A stretch of 64,000 nt of DNA, taken from IMG/VR virus record IMGVR_UViG_3300037067_019009, positions 32,001 through 96,000 of that record; one strand, written 5' to 3'. The translations under genes and the position numbers were made by a program. Below, piece by piece: positions 48,221 through 57,175 of this stretch (its first letter is position 1; each line of letters begins with the position of its first letter). The notes under the pieces were generated by a model. It searched no databases. It worked only from the letters and a program-made list of their open reading frames with translations, and had not been told where the DNA came from. The DNA comes from a virus. Taxonomy: Duplodnaviria > Caudoviricetes.

Positions 48221-50310
48221 TTTACCACACCCTCAGTTACACTTTTAATTACAGATATGCATCTATTCAAATTGTCTTTAAGCGTAGCATCCGCGCTAAT
48301 CAACCCATCCTCAACTGTACCCATCTCTTTCTGCCAGCTGGAGTAGGTGGCGTAACACTTCCTATAAATATCAGCGAGACGCTGGCAGTTATTACATGTA
48401 CAGCCTGTGACCTTAGTATCAAATACTTCCGGCATTTCCTTCAGAGTCTTCTTAGCCAATAGTGACCGCAGTTGTAAACACAGAGTCTCAGCTACACCTT
48501 CTCCAGTCCTCTCAGTAACCAGTATAGCCGTAGGACTCATTGGGGTATTGCCACAGCCTTCGCATGTAAGATCACCACAGTGGTACAACTTACGAGTATT
48601 AAGTAACTTAGTAACACACTCAGACATATTGCAGAATAGAGAATTTTTAGATAGGGCAGCCACCCCTCCGACCCTTTCCTCATGGGTTATGCCAGTAAAC
48701 TGCGCCCAATCTTCAGACACTCCTAACTTGTGACACAGTGCCATCCTCATCGCTATCGTTTGGGCCGGAGTGAAACCCACAACCCGCTCGTCACTATCCC
48801 TCGAAGACTGAGGACAGTACGCTAGGCCTGTATACAAGTCCATAGACGTTATGCGCCCTATGGGTTTTGGTATCTTCTCCATATCTACGACGATCTGTTT
48901 ATGCGAGGGTTTGTTGCCCGCAATCTGCAGCTCTGGATATGAAGTGTTGCCGGAACATATTAGATAACCACTGACTCCAAAATCTATGCTGTTCCTGATT
49001 GCACTTATTATACTACCAGCGTATCCGGTGTCAATTACAACAGCTCCTCTTGGAACCTCTAACCTCCACCATTTCCTCACTGCCGTATCGGTTACCCCAG
49101 AACTGCTGCACACGTTCCTGGATACTAAGAAATATCTAACATCCAACCCCTCTTCCTTAAGCCTCCAGAATACAGGCTCCGCGTCGCGACCGAGTATAAC
49201 GGTCGGTCTGCCTTTAGCGGCTCTAGAAACAGCATCTGCAGCTCTTGCAGTTATGTCAGCGGTGGAAGAAAGATCGATACCGCTATCTTTGGTGATCATA
49301 TAGATGAAAGACATCGTATCTGCTGCTCCAGATGAGCACATATTATAGTCTTTCCTCATCTTCTGGCGGTTTTTCTTTATAGACTCTGCCTGAAGCGCCT
49401 TAATCTTTTCAGCAAGCTCCGTCATTCCAGAGCGGACTGCCGCGGATAGAGTGCCTTCGGTCACCTTAGCTCCAGCCGACAATAGTTGCATCGCCAAATC
49501 GCCTTGCCCACTATTCATAGCACAGGCTAAAAGTGGCTGATTCGATTTACTTGCATCGGCACCGGCATCTAGCAGCAGTTTAGCTTTATCGAAGTAGCCC
49601 TGAATTACTGCTATATCTAAAATAGTTTTCCCGCCTGAATCGGTGGAATCTATAATATCTTTGCTGGCGTTACTTAGGAACTTCTTAAACACTCCCATCT
49701 GCTGGTTCAGCGAAATCCGTAGAAGCGTAGTATTGTTGACCTTAGTACCAGGAGACACTCCGTGCGTGATAGCATAATCCCAAATTTGTGCATCAGTTGT
49801 GAGACTAAGAAAATGATATCCATGTTTACTGATACCATCCACATTTTCCCCAGCCTCTACGGAAGCCGCCACTATACCAAGCGTCAACAAGCATACGGAG
49901 TTAAGCATTTCCCACCAGCAGTAGGCGCCTTTGTACACCCCATTTGGGCTGAATGCTGGTGACCCTATGATAGTAAGTAGGGCCGCTTCCCTGACTTTCA
50001 ATGAGATGTTAAGGTCCGGCGAGCAGACAGCCGTAGCCAGATCCCAAGTATTGTCATCCGGCCCGCGCATATAATAGGGGCCACCATCTTTAAGGAGCTT
50101 GGATAGTAAATTTGGCCGGTTAGCAACTACAGCAGCGCCTGCCAGAGTGTCGGCGTTATACAAAACCTGACTCGTATCATCTACCCCGACCCAATCCTCA
50201 CTGGAAATGAGTTGGCCTTTCCTTATCTTCCAGTAAAGCTCATAAGCAGGAGGCTTAATCTCCCCTACCCAAAAGCACTCAGGATCATACATCCCTGAAC
50301 CCTCCAACAA
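48217..50310 (-). CDS. ankyrin-repeat protein with a central 'GRD...DTGYxGS' domain and Cys-rich C-terminus
   Basis: GKTILDIAVIQGYFDKAKLLLDAGAD and neighbouring ankyrin repeats; ILGRDAE; VVIDTGYAGSI. Confidence 0.75.
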   Translation of the reverse strand: MLEGSGMYDPECFWVGEIKPPAYELYWKIRKGQLISSEDWVGVDDTSQVLYNADTLAGAAVVANRPNLLSKLLKDGGPYYMRGPDDNTWDLATAVCSPDLNISLKVREAALLTIIGSPAFSPNGVYKGAYCWWEMLNSVCLLTLGIVAASVEAGENVDGISKHGYHFLSLTTDAQIWDYAITHGVSPGTKVNNTTLLRISLNQQMGVFKKFLSNASKDIIDSTDSGGKTILDIAVIQGYFDKAKLLLDAGADASKSNQPLLACAMNSGQGDLAMQLLSAGAKVTEGTLSAAVRSGMTELAEKIKALQAESIKKNRQKMRKDYNMCSSGAADTMSFIYMITKDSGIDLSSTADITARAADAVSRAAKGRPTVILGRDAEPVFWRLKEEGLDVRYFLVSRNVCSSSGVTDTAVRKWWRLEVPRGAVVIDTGYAGSIISAIRNSIDFGVSGYLICSGNTSYPELQIAGNKPSHKQIVVDMEKIPKPIGRITSMDLYTGLAYCPQSSRDSDERVVGFTPAQTIAMRMALCHKLGVSEDWAQFTGITHEERVGGVAALSKNSLFCNMSECVTKLLNTRKLYHCGDLTCEGCGNTPMSPTAILVTERTGEGVAETLCLQLRSLLAKKTLKEMPEVFDTKVTGCTCNNCQRLADIYRKCYATYSSWQKEMGTVEDGLISADATLKDNLNRCISVIKSVTEGVVK

Positions 50311-50329
50311 AAATTGTATATATGTACCA

Positions 50330-50368
50330 AAAGTTTACTGGGGGATAGCAACTCTATCCCCCCGAGTA
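50330..50368 (-). terminator. GC-rich hairpin, probable terminator
   Basis: GGGGGAUAG-AGUUG-CUAUCCCCC then AAACUUUU. Confidence 0.55.
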
Positions 50369-50385
50369 ATAGCTAACGGGATTGC

Positions 50386-50565
50386 CTAGTCGGCAATAAC
50401 ATTAGCGGTTGCGGCAGATGCCGCCTGGATGAGCTCCAGAGCTGCGGCGGGCGACACTCTCGTTCGTACTCGAGTGTTACCTGCCTTCAGGGTTACTGTC
50501 ACCTCTCCTGGCCTGCTCTCGCTAGGCCTGAATCCGAGATACCCAGTTTCCGTCTGTACTCTCAT
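50386..50565 (-). CDS. small protein (59 aa), missed by the ORF track
   Basis: MRVQTETGYLGFRPSESRPGEVTVTLKAG...; GAGGAGG RBS; followed by a hairpin. Confidence 0.7.
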   Translation of the reverse strand: MRVQTETGYLGFRPSESRPGEVTVTLKAGNTRVRTRVSPAAALELIQAASAATANVIAD

Positions 50566-50623
50566 TTCGTTTTCCTCCTCTAGAGTAGGTTTGGGTTCCT
50601 TGTCTGCAAATTACAGACAAGCT

Positions 50624-51421
50624 TTAAAAACTTTGTCCGTTCCTCAGTGCAGCCAACCACCACGCATCATAGTCTCCACTATCGTCTACTGAAACCGACA
50701 GATCATCCAGGCACTTTGGTGGTTTTCCCTCAGGCTTTTTCCCGGTCCTGACGGCCCGCACAAATTTACTCAGTAGATCGAAATCTAACGAATTAAACGA
50801 CTTACTTACGCCGGTAGCCACCAGAAACGCTTTAGCATAAGGTAGAAAATCTACCACGTTCCATGGCGTAAGTCCACTTGCTATAGCAAGCGGGACATCC
50901 CCCAGGACATCCGACATGTTCTTTATTTTCTCCACCGATGGGGCCGAGCCGGTCCCCTTGCCCGAGGTAGTTGGAACTTCCATATACTTCGCCGATTCCG
51001 CGGCAAGCCAACTCTCACTAGTCGATAAAGGCTGGTACTTGAATGCACACCCACCAAAAAGTATACCTTGCCAGGGAATCTTTTTGCGGAACTTCACGAG
51101 TTCCTTCGCATAGGGTTGATCCATGTCCTTCTGAGATACGATATGAGTATCACACCATATCCCTCCCAACCACTCGGGAGCATAGTACATGGCCTCATGC
51201 GGCATAAGATGCAGATAGTTAGCGCCTATCCACATCCCGGGCATGGCTTTGTGGAGACTCCATGCTATATCGCTCAAGTGTGGGCCATTTATCAGGAACA
51301 CCCCATCCGCCCCAGCACTCATAGCTATCTTTGCGTTCACCATGGCCTGCCCCTCAGACGCGACATGAATGACTGGAAGTATAACGTGTTCTCTGCCAAA
51401 AGTTTCGTAAAGCTTATTCAT
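50624..51421 (-). CDS. BtpA/SgcQ-family TIM-barrel protein
   Basis: LPVIH, GADGVFLIN, IGAN, FGGCAFKY, TSGKGTG, AIASGLTPWNV, LVATG. Confidence 0.8.
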   Translation of the reverse strand: MNKLYETFGREHVILPVIHVASEGQAMVNAKIAMSAGADGVFLINGPHLSDIAWSLHKAMPGMWIGANYLHLMPHEAMYYAPEWLGGIWCDTHIVSQKDMDQPYAKELVKFRKKIPWQGILFGGCAFKYQPLSTSESWLAAESAKYMEVPTTSGKGTGSAPSVEKIKNMSDVLGDVPLAIASGLTPWNVVDFLPYAKAFLVATGVSKSFNSLDFDLLSKFVRAVRTGKKPEGKPPKCLDDLSVSVDDSGDYDAWWLAALRNGQSF

Positions 51422-51950
51422 CTAGAACACTCTCCCAATCGCCAGGAATATAAATTATTACACTAGGCCCATGACTCATAAAAACTACCTCGTCTCCAAC
51501 GGTAACATCAGTATCATAACCATTTCTCCATGCTACGATATTCTTCCCACCCAGCGTGTGCTCTCTCATGAACCCACCCTCCGGTGTGTCCTTACCAGCT
51601 TTCACCCAGGTATTCACCTTACCAGGCAGGGACTCTCCGCCAGATGGACTGTTTTGTTCTAAGTCCTCCGGCGCTATGCCCATTATTGTCTGCAAGATCT
51701 TTCCAGTGGCATCAGGGCACTCGATAACGCTCAAGCCGGCCAGCTTGTCCCTGAATATAGAAAGCTCTTCCAACATTCCGTTTGTAATTTCGGGTTCTGT
51801 TTCTTTAGCAAGAATTACAGGCATTTCATCCTCAACATCTTCGGTATAAGGGATAGAATACAACAGCTCACCACCATCCGGCCCAATGCTTGTCGCCCAC
51901 TTCATAAGGTAATTACTGTGAAGTATCCCACTTGCAGTCTTCATATCCAC
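51414..51950 (-). CDS. hypothetical protein
   Basis: packed ORF. Confidence 0.6.
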   Translation of the reverse strand: MDMKTASGILHSNYLMKWATSIGPDGGELLYSIPYTEDVEDEMPVILAKETEPEITNGMLEELSIFRDKLAGLSVIECPDATGKILQTIMGIAPEDLEQNSPSGGESLPGKVNTWVKAGKDTPEGGFMREHTLGGKNIVAWRNGYDTDVTVGDEVVFMSHGPSVIIYIPGDWESVLDE

Positions 51951-52198
51951 TACAATATGGCCTTTTTCTTTCTTCCCAGGCTCCCCAGATCGTACTCGCC
52001 TTGAGAAAGTATCTGATTTCTCACAGCGTCGTCTTTACAGTTGATGGCGGCGTCCTTATAGACTGTGTGTTTATGTTTAGATACACCAGAGACTACTACT
52101 TCGCTACCATTTAGTACCACATAAATATATCTATGCACTACACCATCCAGGAGGTGGGGGGTATCGAGTTTACCAACAAGCAACTGAACCATTTTCAT
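51950..52198 (-). CDS. hypothetical protein
   Basis: coupled ORF. Confidence 0.55.
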   Translation of the reverse strand: MKMVQLLVGKLDTPHLLDGVVHRYIYVVLNGSEVVVSGVSKHKHTVYKDAAINCKDDAVRNQILSQGEYDLGSLGRKKKAIL

Positions 52199-52641
52199 AC
52201 TTCCTTCTTGTACTTAAATTCCAACAGTCCTTTACTGATGTCTGTATTTTTCTTATCTATCACCAGGAACAAATCATGGGTATTATCCCTTATCCACTTC
52301 GAATCCCTACCCTCAGTCCTGCAAAGCCTCCGCAAATCACGTGCTGGAAGTAATCTCGAGGACACAAAGGCATCACCAACCTGTGGTAAGTAAGCCACGT
52401 AAGAAAAGTTTAATACAGATTTGGCGTTGCGAATCATTCTACTTTCTTCGTCTATCCCATACCAAAGCAGTAGGTTCAGCAACATGTCTATCGCTCCCGT
52501 GACATTATCAATCCACTTCGGGGCTTGGCAATACAGTTTCATCAGTATATCGTAAGTGACGAAGGACTTCTCGAGAGAATGCTCCTTCTTCCAAGCGTCA
52601 AATAACTCAACTCTATAGTCTTGCTCATCGGCAGCCATCAT
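52195..52641 (-). CDS. hypothetical protein
   Basis: coupled ORF. Confidence 0.55.
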   Translation of the reverse strand: MMAADEQDYRVELFDAWKKEHSLEKSFVTYDILMKLYCQAPKWIDNVTGAIDMLLNLLLWYGIDEESRMIRNAKSVLNFSYVAYLPQVGDAFVSSRLLPARDLRRLCRTEGRDSKWIRDNTHDLFLVIDKKNTDISKGLLEFKYKKEV

Positions 52642-53222
52642 TTCACCTCAACCAAAGCTTTAGAGGAGGGTTTCTCCCGTGCACTTTTAAGCCGCTTAGC
52701 TTTTATATAGTCTCTTATGATCTTCACTGCGGCCTCGACCTCGGCGTCGGAAGATATGCCTGCCTCCCCCACATTCAGTATAATCGCCCCAGGCATATAT
52801 AATATATTTGGATCATGTGCTTTTTCTACCACGTTATCCCTTTCCCCACTAAGGGAATAGAAATCTCCATGGTAAGGCCGATAGTACGCCGTATACCCAG
52901 CTGCACGGAGCCTCCTGACCATTTCCGGGCCACTGCGATTATTCATGGAATGTATTGTGAACACGCAATCCTTCAAGTGAGAGGGTTTCTTTTTTATCAG
53001 CCACTCCACCACCTCCATGCCATCGCCTTTCCTGCCACTCGCCGGATATATGCTATCCTCCAGATCGTGGTCCAGAAACACCTCCCTCCATATATATTTC
53101 TCCAGGGCACTTATACAGGCTGGGGCCGTCTTGACCCACCAGGCACTAGGGTGAGCCCAAAGAAACTTCCTAGCCCTGCGCTCGTAGTCATCCAAAATCA
53201 GCGTAGCAACTATCTTACTCAA
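52638..53222 (-). CDS. cyclic-phosphate-processing receiver-domain protein
   Basis: LILDD..R, VFLDHDL, G.EVVEWL, IHSMN..G..M. Confidence 0.8.
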   Translation of the reverse strand: MSKIVATLILDDYERRARKFLWAHPSAWWVKTAPACISALEKYIWREVFLDHDLEDSIYPASGRKGDGMEVVEWLIKKKPSHLKDCVFTIHSMNNRSGPEMVRRLRAAGYTAYYRPYHGDFYSLSGERDNVVEKAHDPNILYMPGAIILNVGEAGISSDAEVEAAVKIIRDYIKAKRLKSAREKPSSKALVEVK

Positions 53223-53408
53223 CTGGCAGCCTCCTACCTCCCAGCTTATGGCCACTGGGGCAGTACACTGCGTTTTCCATTCGGTAGTGTATTTTCATTA
53301 AACTCATCCCTTCTAAGATTACTAGCAGCTATGATTGCATTATGATATAATATGGTGGGGCATAGTAATGACTAAACACAGAGCCTACACATGCCCCCGC
53401 ATCTATGT

Positions 53409-53870
53409 TTAGAACAACTTAGCTACCCCTATGTAGCCGCTCCATCCATACCCTCTAGGAGCATAGCCGATACCGACATTCAACACATTGGCTACCCGCT
53501 CTAGGGTGATAGATCCACCGACACCACCGTCTACTCCATCATCTAAGAACCCGATGATGTCCAGATTAACTGTGGCAACCCCGCCAACTATCGGAGGGGC
53601 GTTGAACGCAAACAGCGGGTAGTTACCCACTACCGCCAGGCCATTCAAATCCGATTTCTCGAATGACTGTAAATACACGACTCGTGTATCCAACTTATCC
53701 AGCAACGCACCGATAGAATCGAGTGGAGCGTCACTAGCAGGTGCTTCCTCAGTGACAGTAACTGCCATGGCAGACATCCTGCTGGACAGGTATAAAACGT
53801 CCGCACCAGCGTTAATCGTCATAGACGTACACGCAAGCAATAAGCTTACAAGTAGAATAATCTTTTTCAA
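53409..53870 (-). CDS. secreted, probable outer-membrane beta-strand protein
   Basis: signal peptide MKKIILL..., amphipathic Gly-rich strands, C-terminal Phe. Confidence 0.55.
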   Translation of the reverse strand: MKKIILLVSLLLACTSMTINAGADVLYLSSRMSAMAVTVTEEAPASDAPLDSIGALLDKLDTRVVYLQSFEKSDLNGLAVVGNYPLFAFNAPPIVGGVATVNLDIIGFLDDGVDGGVGGSITLERVANVLNVGIGYAPRGYGWSGYIGVAKLF

Positions 53871-53900
53871 TAATTCACCTCCTTACACCGTAGATTCGAA

Positions 53901-54122
53901 TCACTTCTTCGCGACGACAGCGAGCTTAAGCACACTGCCTATACAGCCGATAAGCCAAAAACCGGCGTAAGTTACCCAATAGGTAATCTCCTTACCACCA
54001 AAATAAGGAATAACCACATTCCATAAAAACATGATGACCCCAGATATGAGAAACCCCCAGACGATAGCCGCCACCAGCAGGCCTGCTATTGCTCCTACGA
54101 TAGCACTAATACTTCTTTTTAT
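53901..54122 (-). CDS. 2-TM membrane protein with apparent ATA start (73 aa)
   Basis: GGAGGTG RBS, ATA overlapping the upstream TAA; KRSISAIVGAIAGLLVAAIVWGF...WNVVIP..G..ITYW. Confidence 0.6.
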   Translation of the reverse strand: MKRSISAIVGAIAGLLVAAIVWGFLISGVIMFLWNVVIPYFGGKEITYWVTYAGFWLIGCIGSVLKLAVVAKK

Positions 54123-54625
54123 TTGATCACCTCCCTCACCAGCGCAAATAAGGCCATAAAAATCACTACCATGAACGCAGATGGTTCCGGCGTTACATAT
54201 GTAACAGCTAACTGCATACTGGGACTAGCAGCCACGGAGTTTTTACCGTTATGTAACTGCCACCCCGGGCCCGCGCCGGTAATCATAGCTTCGTGCATCC
54301 ATAGGCCCGATACATAAACGTCCACTTGCCCCAATCCTACGAAGCAGATACTATTCCAGACATAGGAACGGTAGTCTAGTGGAGCTACATAATCGGCCAA
54401 ATAATATCCGACTGGCCCTGTAGAGCTATCCTTATATAGAGCTACATCCCACCCAGGCAATGCAGGTAGATCAGTGCAACTGTCATATCCATCGGTAGAA
54501 CATGGAAAGCTGCGAAGCAGCAGCGTTGATGATCTATAATTGAACTCAAAATACACATCGCTCCATGCGTCATGCATGCAAGAACCCAGTATTACCAAAA
54601 ATATCATTACGAACAGCGTCTTCAT
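54119..54625 (-). CDS. secreted PEP-CTERM protein
   Basis: signal peptide; C-terminal VTPEPSA + TM helix + basic tail (REVIK). Confidence 0.8.
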   Translation of the reverse strand: MKTLFVMIFLVILGSCMHDAWSDVYFEFNYRSSTLLLRSFPCSTDGYDSCTDLPALPGWDVALYKDSSTGPVGYYLADYVAPLDYRSYVWNSICFVGLGQVDVYVSGLWMHEAMITGAGPGWQLHNGKNSVAASPSMQLAVTYVTPEPSAFMVVIFMALFALVREVIK

Positions 54626-54637
54626 ATATCTTAGCCC

Positions 54638-55618
54638 CTATGTATTATAGGCAAGCGAGCCTTTGTATTCTAATATAGATTTCCACGCGTACTTAGCGAC
54701 AGCCGCATTCGTAGCCTCATCGCCAATCTTCAGTTCTGGCGGTATCGGCCACTCGAAAAGGTCCTCCATAAGGATTTCCAATTCCTCACTGGGTTCCGAG
54801 GCTATCTGCCATATAAGCAGATCCATATTCATATAACTTTGCCCAAGGAAGACAAAGTCTTCTGGATTAGTCTTGAAATCCCACTTCACCACACTCTTAT
54901 TCTCTTTAGGCTTATCGGCTGCATGCTTAGTGTCTTTGCTACTCGTAGCCTCTGCAGTAGCAGTCTTTGCCGGAATTGAAGAAACGCCAGACTCAGCGTG
55001 ATAAGTAGAGTAATCTTTTACATTCTCATCGAAGGTCTTAGACATCATTGCCGTCACGCTGGGGGGCGTCTGCACATCGATGAACCAAGACACGTCTTCT
55101 ATCTTCACTCCAGCATCATAAAGGTAAATAGTTGATGACATCGCATTCGTCACCCTAGAGACTATAGAATGAATAAAGAGCGGACCGGTCTCGTCCGTAA
55201 ATATAGCCAGCATCTCCAGATCGTCTTTAGTAGGGGCAAGACTATGATCAGAGTGTATAGTCACCAGCATCTTGAGCATATCAGGCGTAGTGCCAGACGG
55301 AAGCTGCTTCATGAACGAGGATATATCCACATCCGATACTGAGGCACTCTGGTACTTCCTCGTTTGCGGAAATAGAAACAAATCTTTGACATATATATCC
55401 CCACCCACGACCTCTACTGACCCAAGCATACCAACAACACTCTTGGTCACAAGTTCAACAATAGCGTTCAGCTTGCCGTAAGCTAACGGAGACATATAAA
55501 TAACTGGAAGTTCGGTGAGCAGTTTCACCCTGGGCCCATAGCCAGACGGCAGTATAGAATTAGCTGGTTGAACCGGGGGCTCCTTCTCAGAACTATAAGA
55601 ATAACCACCATTCGACAT
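54638..55618 (-). CDS. degenerate (MPN-minus) JAB-domain protein
   Basis: colinear with JAB 60338-61192, but the HSH motif reads TIH and the catalytic Glu is absent. Confidence 0.7.
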   Translation of the reverse strand: MSNGGYSYSSEKEPPVQPANSILPSGYGPRVKLLTELPVIYMSPLAYGKLNAIVELVTKSVVGMLGSVEVVGGDIYVKDLFLFPQTRKYQSASVSDVDISSFMKQLPSGTTPDMLKMLVTIHSDHSLAPTKDDLEMLAIFTDETGPLFIHSIVSRVTNAMSSTIYLYDAGVKIEDVSWFIDVQTPPSVTAMMSKTFDENVKDYSTYHAESGVSSIPAKTATAEATSSKDTKHAADKPKENKSVVKWDFKTNPEDFVFLGQSYMNMDLLIWQIASEPSEELEILMEDLFEWPIPPELKIGDEATNAAVAKYAWKSILEYKGSLAYNT

Positions 55619-55623
55619 TTAAA

Positions 55624-56481
55624 TTACCTCACTACTAGAAGTTTTGGCTCCGGGCTGGTAGTATCCTTGGCCCTAGAGAACTCCTCCTCAAATAACTCAT
55701 AGTATTCTTTACGCAAATAGGAGAGTACGGCCTTCTTCACGGCATGTACTTTCGCCGTGGCCGTCTTCCCATCTATTTCCAACTCCGCCGCCACGTCAGA
55801 CGCACGGCAGTCCTGGCCCATGATAGCCGCCACTACTTGTAGTTCCTCTGGAAGGTGGCTGATAGCCTCATAAATCGCTGCCGCCTTAGCACGGTCGACA
55901 CAAATATCATGGATATCCGGCCCCTCCTCTATGGGCTGTTGGGCGCTCGACTTGGTTTGTATCTGGTCCGGAGTGGCTAACGTAAGTGCGGAGTACTTCA
56001 CGGCAAACTCATCCGTGGCCATACCCATATAACCGGCCAGCTCAGCACAGGTAGGTGGTCTTCCGAGCCTCTGATGTAGTATAGCCGCCGTACCAGCGAT
56101 ATCAGCCTCCATCTTTTTCGCCATCCCCTGGCGGCGCTTCCCAAGCAGCCCCCAGAACTCAGAACGCCGCTGCCCGATAGCTCTCCGCAGCACGCCTATG
56201 ACGAAGTTTTTAGCACTGGAGTACTTGTTGGAAGGCAGAGTGTCTACCGCTTTCGATAGTGTTGCCACCGCCGCCTGCGTTAGATCCTTACGCGTTATAT
56301 CATGCGCAGCCACTACAGCAGCCCGCTGGATGGATACTTCTATATAAGGAGCAGCCTCCTCTAAGAACTTGAGCTTGCTGGCGCGTGCTGTTTCGATGTC
56401 TCCCGAATCCCTTGCGCATATGAAAGCTTCTAGTGCATTATCCAACTTACCACCCAACTCATTACTACCTAACTTAGACAT
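55624..56481 (-). CDS. divergent sigma-70 family (FliA/SigB-like) sigma factor
   Basis: region 2 DLTQAA...L.KAVD; region 3 LHQRLGRPPT.AELA..MG; region 4 AISHLPE...DVAAELE. Confidence 0.75.
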   Translation of the reverse strand: MSKLGSNELGGKLDNALEAFICARDSGDIETARASKLKFLEEAAPYIEVSIQRAAVVAAHDITRKDLTQAAVATLSKAVDTLPSNKYSSAKNFVIGVLRRAIGQRRSEFWGLLGKRRQGMAKKMEADIAGTAAILHQRLGRPPTCAELAGYMGMATDEFAVKYSALTLATPDQIQTKSSAQQPIEEGPDIHDICVDRAKAAAIYEAISHLPEELQVVAAIMGQDCRASDVAAELEIDGKTATAKVHAVKKAVLSYLRKEYYELFEEEFSRAKDTTSPEPKLLVVR

Positions 56482-56677
56482 CGCGTAACTCCTTGACCAC
56501 AATGGGTTTCCTGCGTGCAGCCAACGCCGCGGCGTATAGCTTACTAGAACCTGATCTACCGGAGTGAACAAAAACATCAGCGGAAGCTTCCGTAAGTTCT
56601 ATAACCCCAATCTCCTGATCCAGTTCTTCGAGTTGTCTCTCTTCAAGTTCAGTAAGATCTTCAAAAGCTGTCCCCAT
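56474..56677 (-). CDS. small acidic hypothetical protein
   Basis: GGAGG RBS. Confidence 0.55.
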   Translation of the reverse strand: MGTAFEDLTELEERQLEELDQEIGVIELTEASADVFVHSGRSGSSKLYAAALAARRKPIVVKELRDV

Positions 56678-56692
56678 AATCCCTCCGTCCTA

Positions 56693-56724
56693 AGTGGGCG
56701 GGGGCTAAGAGTCTAGCCCCCACT
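56693..56724 (-). terminator. hairpin downstream of ssb (no clear U tract)
   Basis: GGGGGCUA-GACUCU-UAGCCCCC. Confidence 0.4.
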
Positions 56725-56754
56725 ATCAGTAGATTAAAAATCTACTCAACACCC

Positions 56755-57153
56755 CTAAAATGGGTTGCTGACCGCCGCTGGTTCAGGCGCTGGCTCAGAT
56801 TCTACCACTTCTTCAGTCGCAGACCCGGACTTGCGCTTATCGAGGAATGTGACCTCATCAGCAACCACATTTGTGTAGGTGGTCTTCGTCTGCGTAGACG
56901 GATCTGGAACCGTTCTTACCTCTATGCGACCGACAACCGCAACCAGCGAGCCCTTAGCGGTATAGTTGGCCATGTTCTCGGCTGTCTTCCTCCATGCCAT
57001 GCATCGGATGAAGTCAGTTTCCCGTTTGCCATCGACCACGTAATTGCGATCCACGGCTATTGTGAATGGGAGCTTTGCCACTCCACCTTCCGTATAGGAA
57101 AGATCGGGGTCGGCAGTCAGCCTACCTACAAGCACTACGTTATTTAACATCAT
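56755..57153 (-). CDS. ssb: single-stranded DNA-binding protein
   Basis: LNNVVLVGRLTADP, AVDR, ETDFI, KGSLVAVVGRI, C-terminal PF. Confidence 0.96.
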   Translation of the reverse strand: MMLNNVVLVGRLTADPDLSYTEGGVAKLPFTIAVDRNYVVDGKRETDFIRCMAWRKTAENMANYTAKGSLVAVVGRIEVRTVPDPSTQTKTTYTNVVADEVTFLDKRKSGSATEEVVESEPAPEPAAVSNPF

Positions 57154-57175
57154 TTCTCACCTCCTTCACTTATAA

